From NCBI GenBank assembly GCA_030390025.1, contig CM059432.1, positions 76,076,001 to 76,140,000 on the forward strand: DNA of 64,000 bases, given 5' to 3'. Source of the stretch: Squalus acanthias (Eukaryota). The translations under genes and the position numbers were made by a program. The notes under the pieces are model-generated. The model did no database searches and was not told the origin of the DNA. It worked only from the letters and a program-made list of their open reading frames with translations. This document shows, one piece after another, positions 63,490 to 64,000 of this stretch (the stretch's first letter is position 1; each line of letters begins with the position of its first letter).

Positions 63490-64000
63490 TTCCACCTCTG
63501 TGTGTCTCCTGCCTCAGTCCATCTGCTGCTGAAATCCTGATCCATGCTTTTGTCACCTCCAGACTTGACTATTTGAGTGCTCTCCTGGGCTCCCATCCTC
63601 CACCCTCCATAAACTTAAGCTCATCCAAAACTCTGCTGTCTGTATTCTAGCCCGCACCAAGTCCCACTCACCATCACTCCTGTGCTTGTTGACCTACATT
63701 GGCTCCTGGTCCACCAGCACCTCAAATTTAAAATTATCATCCTCTCATTCAAATGCTTTCATCCCAATGACCCACCCTATTTCTGTTATCTCCTGCAGCC
63801 CTACAACCCTCTGAGAACCCTCTGCATTGCTCCAACTCTGGCCTCTTCCACATTCCCTTTCACCCTATCATTGGCGGCTGTGCCTACAGCCATCTAGGCC
63901 CTATGCTCTGGAATTCCCTTCCTAAACCCATCTACCTTTCTCCTTTTTAAGACCTTTCTTAAAACCTACCTATTTGACCAAGCTTTTAGTCACCCCTCCC
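63490..64000 (+). mobile_element. L2 LINE 3' fragment
   Basis: AEILIHAFVTSRLDY, LHWLLVHQHLKFKI. Confidence 0.8.

Noticed and set aside
1..64000. CRISPR arrays, rRNA or prokaryotic systems
   Set aside because: Eukaryotic intron-containing, repeat-rich DNA; no repeat-spacer array seen

Overview
This is vertebrate genomic DNA, almost certainly from a shark or other cartilaginous fish (HE1/V-SINE, Deu-domain SINE, dense CR1 LINEs). The window spans the ~50 kb divergent intergenic region between TTPA (coding exon 1, minus strand, 628-843) and YTHDF3 (exons 1-3, plus strand, from 51222); the same two genes are neighbours in human. The intergenic DNA is almost entirely nested transposons. The centrepiece is a young, nearly complete endogenous retrovirus-like provirus (30596-47775) with 1630-bp LTRs about 99% identical and a tRNA-Arg PBS. 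Its coiled-coil Gag carries an overlapping PSAP/PPSY late domain and a CCHC knuckle, and Pol has PR-RT-tether-RNaseH-IN plus a long acidic repetitive tail. Its Env looks like a paramyxo/pneumovirus- or baculovirus-type F fusion protein (lokiretrovirus-like) with an apparent immunoglobulin domain at the N-terminus. The env ORF is open except for one stop just before the TM anchor. The 3' LTR is split at its TATA box by a near-intact 4.16-kb two-gene Harbinger transposon, and is followed by a second PBS and gag stub (tandem provirus remnant). Also present are Harbinger MITEs, a short LINE family with a tRNA-like Pol III head and no ORF1, a second older tRNA-Arg-primed LTR element and a solo LTR. 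All family assignments are by eye; no database search was run.
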